Of a stretch of DNA of 64,000 nt, positions 12,201-22,668 are shown piece by piece. Source of the DNA: Amoebophrya sp. A120 (Eukaryota > Protista > Dinoflagellata). The stretch is taken from the NCBI GenBank assembly GCA_905178155.1, contig CAJINV010000012.1:1430492-1494491 (forward strand). The letters are read 5' to 3'. Within the stretch, counting starts at the first letter, position 1, and each line of letters starts with the position of its first letter. A model generated the notes under the pieces. The model saw only the letters and a program-made list of their open reading frames with translations. It was not told where the DNA came from and ran no database searches. The position numbers were made by a program, and so were the translations under genes.

Positions 12201-13559
12201 CGTGCACGGCGTCACGTATAGTACCCCTCTTGCGGCTCAGCATTGCACAAGCCTCAGCGACAGGAGAACAGCATAACAAAAGTATGCTTTTTTTGGTTGT
12301 ATATGAGTGTGCTTTTTTTTTGGGATAGGAAGCGACTGCAACTGCTCCTGCTACTGCAACTACTTTTGCCCCTGCAACTGCTACTGCCTCGACGCCGACT
12401 ACGGCCGTGTGCCTACAACAGCTCGGCTGGGGGGAATCTTGCAAGCACAACCCGGATTGCTGCGGGGTGAATGCTGGGACTGGGACGCAGATGATTTGTT
12501 TCAAAAAGAACGACTGGGAGGCAGGCTGCCTCGACTATCCAGAGCAAACATGTCTTGGTCTGCAAAAATGCAAGGTTTGTCATGCATCTCTCGCACCACA
12601 CAATCACATATGGTCTCGAATGCACACGGAGGCATCACATATTTTGCGAGTCCTTCTCGATGCCCTTTCCCTTCCGCGTGATGAATCCACCTCCTCCGCC
12701 TGTTTGCGTTCATGCAGCAACGCAGATGATTTTTTATTTTTTGTGATCGGGTTTCTTTTCGCATGACGCCAGGCCCAGACATACTTGCAGGGTATATCGA
12801 CTCGTGGGATTGCGAGATCGGAGGGATGATGAAAACGCCCATAGTCCCCGGAACGGACCCCTGGCACTGTACCCGTCACAGCACTTCCTCCTTCCTGCAG
12901 CGGGAGGCACTCCGCCCGGAAAAATCGTCTCTCGAACATGTGCAACATGATGCAGTTCTTGAACAACTCGGTCACCCGCTGGTTCATCCTCCCACGCAGC
13001 TCCTCGAGGCGCGCAGCGGCAGCACAACCGCGGAGCAGGAAGCCGCCTCGCGCGAAAGCCAGTTTCTGCCCAGTGGTCTCGGTATCATGACGAAAAACCT
13101 TCCCTCGGGCTCCCGATAGAAGTACTCCAATACGAATAAATGTTTGTCATTTCCACTTGAGGCTGCACCAAATTAGAATTTCGTCTTGCATACACGAGAA
13201 GCAACAGCGAAAAGGAGCACTTGTTTCGAGGCATTGTCTACTGTGTTTTAGCCGCAGTAGACACCACGTCTGCCATGATGCTCACGACCTAGATAACGGC
13301 GCCGACATCATCCAAAGAGACCTAGTAGGATCGTGCGGACTCTTTTCGCAAAACAAGTCTGATTTACCTTGCCCAAATCCGCGTCGCAAATCATCCTTTG
13401 AGTACGGGAGGGGGAATTTTCATTTCGATGCCCGAAGAGGCTTCCCTGCTGCAACACGTCCCCGAAGAACAAGGGACCGAGCGGACTGACCGCGCCACTG
13501 CATCTGCGCCGGAGGAGATGGCGCGCGGGGAAAATCAGGATGGCGTGCTGCTGGTGTGA
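6234..13559 (+). CDS. Multi-exon Cys-rich protein, probably secreted, with Thr/Ala/Pro linker and C-terminal Cys module (paralog 1)
   Basis: ATG 6234. Twelve TIR introns, one of them compound (10258-11956), remove in frame; ends GENQDGVLLV* at 13559. Shares ADYSYWKTDL, FFQMSCN, DGFWKGDAGDLLRI and WISSYNCPG blocks with the gene at 15087. Confidence 0.75.
6569..6862. mobile_element. TIR introner family E
   Basis: TATGGGAGTGTCAGGATCGAAATC...GATTTGGTTCCTGACACTCCCATA; TSD aaggg/agggg; empty site in paralog near 15345. Confidence 0.93.
6926..7230. mobile_element. TIR introner family F
   Basis: TATTACAATGAAAAACGCCCCC...GGGGGCATTTGTCCTTTTGATA; flanks gcggc/gaggt; interior like 27759 and 59219. Confidence 0.85.
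7308..7579. mobile_element. TIR introner family A
   Basis: Family A TIRs; TSD aggcc/aggcc. Confidence 0.93.
7933..8184. mobile_element. TIR introner family A (subfamily shared with 59631)
   Basis: Family A TIRs; TSD tgcga/tgcga. Confidence 0.93.
8745..8975. mobile_element. TIR introner (singleton, partly decayed)
   Basis: TATCCAACAGAAAAAGTTTCTCAC...GTGAGAAACTTTTTTCTCCTCTCCATA; flanks cgagg/cgaaa; in-frame join. Confidence 0.75.
9297..9561. mobile_element. A-like TIR introner that has acquired GT-AG ends
   Basis: Flanks tcaag/tcaga; intron 9296-9565 reads GT...AG; join gives FFQMSCN. Confidence 0.85.
9663..9931. mobile_element. TIR introner family A
   Basis: TATCGAGTGCAAATATGTCTGGGTCTG...GGTATTTGCCATGCATA; flanks gttcg/gattg. 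Confidence 0.82.
10015..10241. mobile_element. TIR introner family D
   Basis: TATGACAGTGCACAACTCCCCCT...AGGGGGAGTTGTGCACTGCCATA; TSD ggaat/ggaat. Confidence 0.93.
10281..10411. mobile_element. TIR element family G nested in the left TIR of 10258-11956
   Basis: TATCCTGTGCAAAAGCATCGCACTCG...CGAGTACGATCCTTTGCAGTTCATA; TSD tgccg/tgccg. Confidence 0.88.
10478..11826. other. About 1.28-kb insert bounded by 33-bp perfect direct repeats
   Basis: TTTATTGTGTCAGTCATGGACGACGACGACCAC at 10478-10510 and 11794-11826. Confidence 0.85.
12035..12327. mobile_element. TIR introner (singleton)
   Basis: TATCGCACAGCAAAGTACACTCATAC...ATATGAGTGTGCTTTTTTTTTGGGATA; flanks gcagg/ggaag. Confidence 0.75.
12536..12796. 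mobile_element. TIR introner family A-like
   Basis: TATCCAGAGCAAACATGTCTTGGTCTG...CCCAGACATACTTGCAGGGTATA; TSD tcgac/tcgac. Confidence 0.88.
13083..13430. mobile_element. Degenerate TIR introner (C-like)
   Basis: TATCATGACGAAAAACCTTCCCTC...GAGGGGGAATTTTCATTTCGATG; flanks ctcgg/cccga; removal restores the paralog-shared C-terminus. Confidence 0.68.
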
Positions 13560-15086
13560 AACGCTGGCATCCAGCTCAAGTGGTCGAGTCACTGAGATCA
13601 CGCAACAAGAGATTTTTCTTTTGCCGATTTCATCGAAACAATTTTTCATTTTGCAGCAACCCGATTGCTTTTTTGATTTTTTTTCTGGTTTATTGTATGG
13701 GCCTACTTCTTTCGCGTTCTCGTGGCCTAGCATTCGCGTTTTTCCATTTGCACTTGGATCATTTTTTGACAGAGTTTTCGTACATCAAGTTAGCCTATCA
13801 TCACCAAGCCAAGTTGTAAATGGAAGGTACTACTATCTCTATCCTGTTTCCTTTTAAAGAGCTTTTCTGAAAATTCGACGAACGCAATCAAGGTCACAAC
13901 GTCTCAAGATTAAGCCATGCGTCTGTTTTCTTTTTACTGATTTGAAAAGGTGCCTCCATCTCTAACACTTGCGACGACGAACTTCTGCAATAACCTATTC
14001 ACGATTAAGTGAAAAAGCAACACAAACTAGTACATCTTCTACATAAGTGTTCAAATCAACACGCATTTTCTCTAGCAATTACTGTTCGACGTAGCCCGTT
14101 ACATTTTAATTTTCGTCCGCAACAAGAAACAAACACCCCCAGCACTGGAATATACAAAACAGCTACCCACACGACGGGCAAAGGCGCAGGAGATCTAAGC
14201 GGTTGTTGCAGAGGAAAGGGTTTTGACTGTCCCCCAGACAACGACTGCCGTTCCTGTTCACCCGAAGAACGGGTTCTCCCTGTAGGACTAGTCCGAATTT
14301 GGATCAGACAAACACGCCTAAGTACTTTATGCGGAGACGAGAGGCTGTTGCTTTCATTTCTCTCTGCTTCTGTATCTATTTTTCCTTCTGCGGGATGTTG
14401 GATAGTTTGAACGTTTCTCCAGTGCCTCAACATCAACTCTGCCGGATCGGAACTCCAAACTTTCGTTTGATATTATCGGAAGACCCAAGGAAGCGCCATT
14501 GCGACGACGATAAGTGTTCTGCTTAGAAAATGCGATCGACGACGATTATACATCCCCCAGCCCGATTTTTCATTCATTTCCTGGAACTCGTTCATGGGTT
14601 TTTCGTAAATCAATATTGTGGCTTTCTTATTCTTGGTATTGGTTTCAATTTCGTTTTCGCACTCGTTCAACGAAAACCGCGCAGCGCGCTTCAGCGGCCT
14701 CATCGTACTTCATCTCGTGCACATCAACAAGAAGTGTCAAGAATTAATGTTTTTCCCGTCGTGATAAGCTTCGTCCTCCTCGTCGCAAGATGAAGAGTGC
14801 CTGTTCTTCTAAGTACGTCATTTGAAGACCCGCGGCATAGCCCGCTGGATTTCTATTACAGGCGTTCTTTTGTAGCGGTCGTGACATTTACTTTTACACG
14901 TGCCGTTTTCGACAGTCTACTAGCATTTGCTTCTACGCTGAACAGATCGAATTGAAAAAAATCCAGTTCCCCTTATTTTCATCGCGATCGACTTTTTTTT
15001 TCCTCAGTGTAACGAGTCGAAGTACACTTTCCTCTCCGCAGCATTTCAGAATCAGAACCCCAAAACGCCCACTCAGCACAACAAGA

Positions 15087-18000
15087 ATGACAGGACGAAT
15101 GCTGGGCAGTTTTTCTTCGCCGGGGCTGCTCGTTTACTCGAGGGGCAGTTTGTTCCGCAGCACTCCCTCCGGTTTCTCGGCCCCACTGCTGCGCCTCCTG
15201 AAAGGCTCGAGTTTGATGTGCGAGCTCTGGATGTGCAGCTTCTGGAGCAGCTCGAGCAATCTGCTGGGCTTTTCCGATGCGGCGCAGGTCGTTCGACGTG
15301 GGACGGAGGAGGACGTGCGCGAGCATTCTACGGGTGAGATCAAGGGCGGCGGCGACGACGATCAAACCGGTAGCGCCAGCTGCGGCGACGTCAAGGGCTG
15401 TGGGGGAGACGGTGAGGTGGACTCGACCGTGGGGCGACCCGCGTCCGCCGGGGAAAGCGGGGCGCCGCATCTTGGCGGCTCCAGTGCGGGTGGTGATGAA
15501 ACATCTTTGATATTGGAGTCATCCCAGTACAAAGAAACCGGCAATTACTACTTGGGGACGCGCGACCAGCTCCAGGCGGAGACCGTTTCACACGAGAGCG
15601 GCGTCAAAATTTTTGTTCCACCAACGGGATACGTGCTGCCAGCCGACTATGGAACTGCCAGGATCGAAATCGACAAAGTCGAAATAATCTGTCATCGCAT
15701 AAACTACAACGCGGCTGCTCAAAAAGTGACTGTATTGCAGAGGATGCAAGGGAGGCAGATTATAGTCCTGCAGCTAAGGGTCTTCAAGACGAGTTGGGCT
15801 GCTGACTAGCATGACAAAGGGCGGGAGCTTCTTTGCCCTAGACAGCAGGACTGATTCGCTTCCAGGACGGGGGAAATTTGTCATGCGCCGACTACAAACT
15901 GTGGGGCTAAGTAACTGGCATCGATTTTGTGAGTCACAAATTTTTCGACTTTGTCCATTTCGATCCTGACACCCCCATACCGACTTCAACGGGGAAAAGT
16001 TTGGCCTTGACACTGCAACGGGGAAATGTCACAAGGTGAAGGACACGGGCACTTTATCCAGTGCGAAGTAAACGTGCCCACGACGACCCCGTATGTGTCA
16101 TTCCATACAAATCTGCATGCCCAAGATGCGTGCTAATGCTTTTGTAAGACGAAGCAAGCTGATTGAGGAGCATTTTCGAATGTTACAAGTCGGCAGGTTT
16201 TGTCGCCACAGTGTCTCGAGCAACGAGAAGCAGGAAACCGGGGAAGAGGGAGGGGCTTGCGTCCTAGGAGCCACAGCTCTGGACCTTAACGCGCCAGGCT
16301 ACGGCGACGGAGGCCGAGGCGCCAAGGTTGGTGAGTGCGGCCGAGCACCCGGCCCCCGGCCGCGGGCTCTGGAACAAAGGAAAGGCCAGAGGCCGGGCGC
16401 AGAAGGAGGCCACTCGAGCAAGCTAGGGCCAAAATGCGAAACGCAGGCGAGAAGAAACGGGCCCCGAAACCGGAAGGCCGGAAAGGCTTACGCGCCGGAA
16501 GAGCCGGCAGCGTTTCTTTGCCTTGCCGACGTTCCCGGCTTCTTCTGCTCTGCCAGCCGGCCTTCTGGGCAAGGCTTCCGAAGGCGAAAGGCCGGGGGCG
16601 AAAGGCCTGAAAGCGAAAGGCCGCACAGGCGAAAGCGCAAGGCCGAAAGGCCGAGAACCCGAACCATCGAGAAGCCAAAAGGACGCGGGACCGAAAGGCC
16701 GGCCCGTGGAGCCCGCCGAGCGGCCGGCTTTCCGTTCTGTTGCTTGCTTGCTTGGGTTTCATTTCCCGCCCCCCCCCCTTTTCCCGGGACGGTTCCTCTT
16801 TTCTCGGTTGCCCTTCTCCCGGACCTCCTTATCCCTTGCTTTCGGTGCCTCGGCCGGCCGGTCGGCTTCTCGGCCGGCGGGCGTTTCGGCTTGCTTCTCG
16901 GCCGGCCCTTCGGCTTCTCGACCGGCCTTTCGGCTTCTCGGCCGGCCTTTCGGCTTCTCGGCCGGCGGGCCTTTCGGCTTTTCGGCTTCTCGGCCAGCCT
17001 TTCGGCTTCTCGGCCTTTCGGCTTCTCGGCCTTTCGGCTACTCGGCCTTTCGGCTTCTCGGTCTTTCGGCTTCTCGGCCTTTCGGCTTCTCGGCCTTTCG
17101 GCTTCTCGGCCTTTCGGCTTCTCGGCTTCCCGGCCTTTCGGCTTCCCGGCCTTTCGGCTTCCCGGCCTTTCGGCTTCTCGGCCTTGTGGCCTTTTTTCGA
17201 CTCGAATTCCCGGCCGGCCTTTTCTCGAATTCCCGGCCTTTTTTCGAATTCCCGGCCTTTTTTCGCATTCCCGGCCTTTTTTCGGCTTCTCGGTCGACCT
17301 TTTTTCCGCTTCCCGGCCTTTTTTCGGCTTCCCGGCCATTTTTCGGCTTCTCGGCCCTTCTTCGGCTTCTCGGGCAGCCGAAATTCGGCTGCCCGGCCTT
17401 TTTCCGGCTTCTTGCCTTTTTTTCGGCTTCTCGGCCTCTCGATCGGCTCAAAGAGAAGCCGGGAAAAGAGGAGGAGCCGGGAAAAGAAGACACCGGGAAA
17501 AGAGAAGCCGGGAAAAGAGAAACCAGGAAAAGAGCAAACCGGGAAAAGACCAAGCCGCGAAAAGAGAAGCCGGGAAAAGAAGAAACCGAAAAAAGAGAAG
17601 CCGGAAAAAGGAGAGCCGGGAAACCCAGAAAAGAGAATGAAACCGGGAAAAGAGAAACAGAGAAAAGAGAAACCGACAAAAGAGAAACCGGGAAAAGAGA
17701 AACCCGGAAAAGAGAAACCGGGGAAAGAGAAACCGAAAAAGGAGAAACAGAAAAAAGGGAAATCGGGAAAAGAGAAACCGGACCTCTCGGCTTCTCGGTT
17801 CGTTCTCGGTCTCCGGTTTTGCGTTGCTCGATTCGGCTCATTTTATGCCTGGCCATGGCTCAACTTGATATATAATCTGGGAGTTTGTCTTCATGCAATA
17901 ATCAGGACGTCGAGACGAGCGATTTGATGTGATGCGCCTGCACAACTTCTCGCTAAACAACACGACAGTTGTGCGCCGCGCCCAAGATTGTCATGCGCCC

Positions 18001-19891
18001 CAGGCAATGGCAATACTTGTTGACTTGCACTTGTCTAGCATAATTTTATTTCCCATCTACTTGGCTCTGAAATAGGCGACGTGGGGGCGTTCTTACTCAG
18101 GATCCGTATGGATTGCAAAAATGTCTGGGTCTGAAAGCGATGCAACTTGTGATGCTGTCCTTGGATCCAAAAAAAAGCTGTATTGCATGACTAGCAAGAG
18201 GAGCCCAGTTTCTGCTACACGGAGAGGGCATTTCTCACGCGAATTAGGCACAAGGAAGCCTCCTAAAAATCTGCGATGCTAGGTCATGCATCACAGGCGT
18301 CATGGGTCATACAAAATATGCATGACGAACCTGGGAATCTTCCAGACCCAGACATATTTTCATTTGATAATCCGACTACTTCCATCGCTGCAGGAATTCG
18401 TACACCATCAAGTTTCGCAAATTGACCGAAGACGACGACGAAACCGTTCGAAACAGTCAGACGAAATGGGGCGCGCACGAACAAGTCGTACTTCTCGTAA
18501 AGCCAGAGAAAGACGACACCACTATGACTATCAAATGCAAAAATGTAGTCTGGGTCTGGAACAAAGCAACTTGTCATGCTAATAAATCTGAATCATGTGA
18601 AAAAAATCTGTGTTGCATGATTACCAAAAGCTGTCCACTTTTGACCTAATCGAGAGGCAGTTTCTCACGCAGGATAGACATGATATTGATAGAACTCATC
18701 TCACAGAATCTGTCATGCTATGTCCTACATAGTACCAGACCTCATGGGCGGCCATGGAAAACCTGCATGACAAGTCTGGCATTCTTCTAGACCCAGACAT
18801 TTTTGCAGTTGATAACCATCTGGGGTAAAGAAAAAGCCGACTTCGCCTATTGGAAAACGGACCTGGGGTGGGACGCAGATGACACGAAAAATGCCTTCTT
18901 CCAAATGGCCTGCAACAGGTTCAGTTACATTGACGGGAACTACAACTACGATTCTGGCTACTCTGTGTCGGACTGGCATAAACCTGACGCTTTGGGATAC
19001 GGGCCCGAAGGACTCGAGGACGGTTTTTGGACAGGCGATGCTGGGGACCTCTTGCGCATCGTTTGGTACCCGAGTGACGCCAACCCTCCAGGAGCGATTT
19101 GGATCAGCTCCTACAACTGCCCCGGCTGGGGGCCGCAGGCTGCTGCCGGAGGTACTTTTTTTTTATAAAACTATCACTGTACTATGTTGTCTTCATGCAA
19201 AAGTTAAAGTTGAAGTTCCTCTCTCTATGCATGAAGTAGCTCAAGCTTCAAAATTGAATTTCACACGACGCCAGCCTGGACGCCAGCCCCGACGCCAGCC
19301 TGGAGCTGGACGCCAGCCCCGACGCCAGCCTGGAGCTGGACGCCAGCCCCGACGCCAGCCTGGAGCTGGACGCCAGCCCCGACGCCAGCCTGGACGCCAG
19401 CCCCGACGCCGTGGTGGGCCACACCGACCCCCACACCTGCAACACCAGGGTGCCAGCAGCTGCTCGGGGTAAATGAGGAATGCTTTCCGATGAATATGAG
19501 AAATTGCTGCAGTTCCGGTATGAAGTGTTATGGGTATGGCGGCCTCTACCCCAACTACGCGCTCTGCATGTCGTACTGTTCTTCCGACTATTGGGAGGGT
19601 GCGGCATGCAACTTGCTCGGCAGCGGCTCTGCTTCCACCTCCTTTTTGCAGTCGAACGACGAGGAAGATGTTGATCTCTCTGCTCGAGGACTTCAAGGAC
19701 CGCCTGCTGTCCCCGGGCGGACGTCCTCCGAGGGGCCCGGCAGCATGATTGCTCCTGGCCTCCCGGAGCAAAAAGCTACAGCTGCTGGTGCGGACGAGAC
19801 GGAGCAACAGCACGCTCCTCCTCATCCTGCTGTTCCGGAGCTGCTGGTTGTGTCCTCTGGGGAAAATCAGGAGGGCGTGCTGCTGGTGTGA
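15087..19891 (+). CDS. Multi-exon Cys-rich protein with TPAW repeat linker (paralog 2, tandem duplicate)
   Basis: Same N-terminus (MTGRMLGS...DAAQVVRRGTEEDVR) and C-terminus (GENQEGVLLV*) as 6234-13559. Introns at 15648-15979, 16055-18376 (compound) and 18529-18814, plus one unresolved junction near 19152-19265. Confidence 0.7.
15648..15979. mobile_element. TIR introner family E
   Basis: TATGGAACTGCCAGGATCGAAATCGACAAAGTCGAA...TTCGATCCTGACACCCCCATA; TSD ccgac/ccgac. Confidence 0.92.
16055..18104. mobile_element. Degenerate B-like TIR introner expanded by a 1.6-kb repeat insert
   Basis: TATCCAGTGCGAAGTAAACGTGCCCACG...CGTGGGGGCGTTCTTACTCAGGATC; join gives GTYFHRCRNSYTIKFRK, homologous to paralog VNRCRKDTLKFRR. 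Confidence 0.6.
16230..17860. repeat. GC-rich degenerate minisatellite (about 16-mer CTCGGCCTTTCGGCTT and 15-mer AAAAGAGAAACCGGG arrays in alternating polarity)
   Basis: Tandem units visible at about 16860-17440 and 17450-17780. Confidence 0.9.
18107..18369. mobile_element. TIR element family A inserted at the 3' end of the preceding element
   Basis: Family A TIRs; TSD atccg/atccg overlaps the end of 16055-18104. Confidence 0.9.
18529..18814. mobile_element. TIR introner family A
   Basis: Family A TIRs; decayed flanks atgac/accat; in-frame join. Confidence 0.85.
19266..19410 (+). repeat. Coding tandem repeat (30-bp unit GACGCCAGCCTGGAGCTGGACGCCAGCCCC) encoding a TPAWSWTPAP linker
   Basis: Three full units plus shorter variants, in frame with ORF 19490+. 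Confidence 0.85.
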
Positions 19892-21008
19892 AAGGCTGGC
19901 ATCCAGCAGAGGTGGCCCAGTGACCGAGATCACGCACCAAGAGCTTTTTCTTTTGCCGATTTCATCGAAAATTTTGCAGCAACCCGATAGATTGCTTTTT
20001 TTTTTTCCTGTTTGTTGTATAGGTCTAGGTCTACATCTGCTTCTTTCGCGTTCTCGTGGCCTAGCATTCGCGTTTTTCCATTTGTACTTGGATCATTTTT
20101 TGACAGAATTTTCGTACATCAAGTTAGCCTATCATCACCAAGCCAAGTTGTAAACGGAAGGTGCCAGGTACTATCCTGTTTCCTTTTAAACAGCTTTTCT
20201 GCAAATTCCGCGAACGCGATCAAAGTCACAGTGGGTCAACAAGCTACACTTCTTTCTTCATCTTTTGTTTCTTACACTGAGCCATATCTCCCGTTTGCTA
20301 CGACGAACTTCTACGATCAAGTAAAAGCAATACAAACTACCACATCTTCTACATAAGTATTCAAATCAATACGTCGCATTTTCTCTAGCAATTACTGTTC
20401 GACAGACAAATTACACGTAGCCCGTTGTGTTTTTTGCACTATTTTAACTTTCGTCCGCATCCGCAACCAGAAACAATCTCACCCCCGCTGGAATATACAA
20501 AACAGCTACCCAGGATACGACGGGCAGAGGCGCAGGAGATCTTCCAAGCAGCTAGTTTCGCCGTGCTTGTCGAAGGTAGCAGTAGGCTACTTTCAAGCGG
20601 CGCTGTTCGCCTGGATTTTACTTTTTGTACCTACGTTTCGCTTGTCAGTATCGTACAGAATACATTGGACCGTTGTACTCGTAGCTTCTTAAGAACTGTC
20701 GCAGCTCATTGTTTGATGTCGTGTGCTGGTTGCCTGCATTACTTACTCGTTCAGCTACTTGCCAGAATTCGTCCACACAATACGTCTAGTTTTGGCCGTT
20801 TCTTTTCCGTTTTCACTCGCTTCGTCCAGGGTTACTTACTTACTTCTCCGTGCACCACACTGCAACGGAACGACCGCACGTAGTTTTTCATGTCGTGCGC
20901 CAGATGAAGTGTCAAAAGCAAAACTTCATTATCCTTCCCGTGACGACGACGACGAGACGAGAAAGAAAGCAGGAGCCTCACAACTATCACAAACGAAGGC
21001 ACTGCTCG

Positions 21009-22047
21009 TAGAAAGATTTGATTAGAAAGATTGTTGGAAGCACCAGGCTGATGGAGGATTTATTTAGTGTCGCCCCCGGGCCCGGCGAACCCGCTTCCCA
21101 TTTGCGAAGCAAGGAAGCGACGGCGGATTACCTTACGGGGGATCTAGATGGAACAAAGGGGCGCCCCCCAAAGTGGGGCAGTAGCATCGGGGGAAGGGCT
21201 TGCTAAGCTGGAACCGGGGTCGGCCGCGTGGGCGGCCAAAAGGTGCGCCAAAAACGCAGCCTCCCACCGGGGGAAGGTGTAAAAGTGGCGATTTTTGCGT
21301 CCATGGGCGCATTGGTATCCGAAAAATGATGGTTTTTTTGTCTCGCGAATCACCCCGGTACACTTGCGAAAAAATAGCGAATTTGGACCCTCCGTGGGTC
21401 CGCAGTAGCATCGTCTTTCGCAAGAAAAAAATGAAAAAATGAAAAAAAAAATCGCCCATTTGTAATGGGCCTTGCGCTCAATCCGAAATTTGTCTTGCCG
21501 CCAAACACGGTGGCACGCTGAAAGCTTAGTCAGCGTGCCGCCGTGTTTAGGGGTGTAACGTTTTGCCATTTTTGGGACGGAGGCCTCGGCCTGATCAAGC
21601 GGAATGCAATCGCGTTTGAGGTGCAAAAGCGCCCTCCGCAAAAATGCAAGAAATGAACAAAGAAAAGCCCACACGAAAATGAGCAAAAATCACGCGCCCG
21701 CCATACCGTGCGGGGTAAAATTAGGCGCGACGGTATGGCGCGCCAAAATTTTTGGATTATCGCGCGACCGCCCCCGCGCAGCCCGAGCCCCGCCCGACCC
21801 GCCCCTTAAAGGGGCGCCCTTGACCGCAGTATGCGGTGCACAACTGCGGCCCGCGACTGAAGAAGAAGGTTTTGCGCCTCCCGTCTAAGCCGCGCGGCCG
21901 CCGGAATGCGCGCGTCGCGGTTTTTTCTTCGCAAAGTGAAAAGCGCAACGATTGATTGCCGTATCGCCCGACCGGGCGCGGAATTCATAGAAAGATTTCA
22001 TTAGAAAGATTGTTGGAAGCACCAGGCTGATGGAGGATTTATTTAGT
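21009..22047. other. 919-bp GC-rich insert bounded by 60-bp direct repeats
   Basis: TAGAAAGATTT(G/C)ATTAGAAAGATTGTTGGAAGCACCAGGCTGATGGAGGATTTATTTAGT at 21009-21068 and 21988-22047. Confidence 0.88.
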
Positions 22048-22668
22048 AGAATATACACTTGTTATTGGGCAGCTGGTGGAGTCCTCTGCATCGAGTTCGG
22101 CTCGCAGCATTTCTTGAAAAAAGGTAAATATAGCGTGCTTTATTTGCTTATCCTCAAATTTCCGCAGAGAACCTAACCTCAATACTACCCGATTACTTTC
22201 TCGTTCCCTGGTTGTCCCATCAATACTGTAGTAGTCCGATTACTTGTACTCCCCAAGATACACACTGGTCTAGTCTATCTTTCATCTGTTAGTTTTCATG
22301 AGCTGTGCTGGTACAGTGAACCTCTTTCAAGAACATCTTCCCTGGAGTAGAAGACCGTAATTTCGCGGTAGAAGTGGTCTTCGTGGTTATTCCTGATTTA
22401 TTTGCACGGTAGAAACAAAAGTTTGTTTTCACAGTTGCAGAAGAAGCTAAGCGTAAGTACGGCTAATATTTATCACACCGGACACAATAGCAACATAACA
22501 AGCGCTGGCCTTGAGTAGAAGTAAGCGTGAAAAGGTCTTCTACTGCTCCTGCTGGACCCCAACCCAGAGATTAGATCAAAAACTGATCGTCTTCCACTGA
22601 CCTGGTTCACGCCTGCTGTGGTTCTCCGGACGCTTCACCTCCAATTTCGTGGAAACAAAACGATCGCT

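Larger units (their letters stand above)
5840..20545 (+). repeat. Tandem segmental duplication (about 5840-14190 and about 14702-20545) including upstream and downstream non-coding DNA
   Basis: TCGTACTTCATCTCGTGCAC...AACAAGAAGTGTCAAGAAT at about 5841 and 14703; 3' flanks 13525-14190 and 19858-20545 align closely. Confidence 0.9.

Noticed and set aside
16093-17927. Long overlapping ORFs (515, 450, 395, 283, 272 aa)
   Set aside because: Open in many frames because the minisatellite lacks stop codons; the region lies inside an inferred intron.
18879-19472. RRQPGAG repeat protein
   Set aside because: The TPAW frame is continuous with the Cys module and the paralog-shared C-terminus. The upstream junction is unresolved, so this rejection is tentative.
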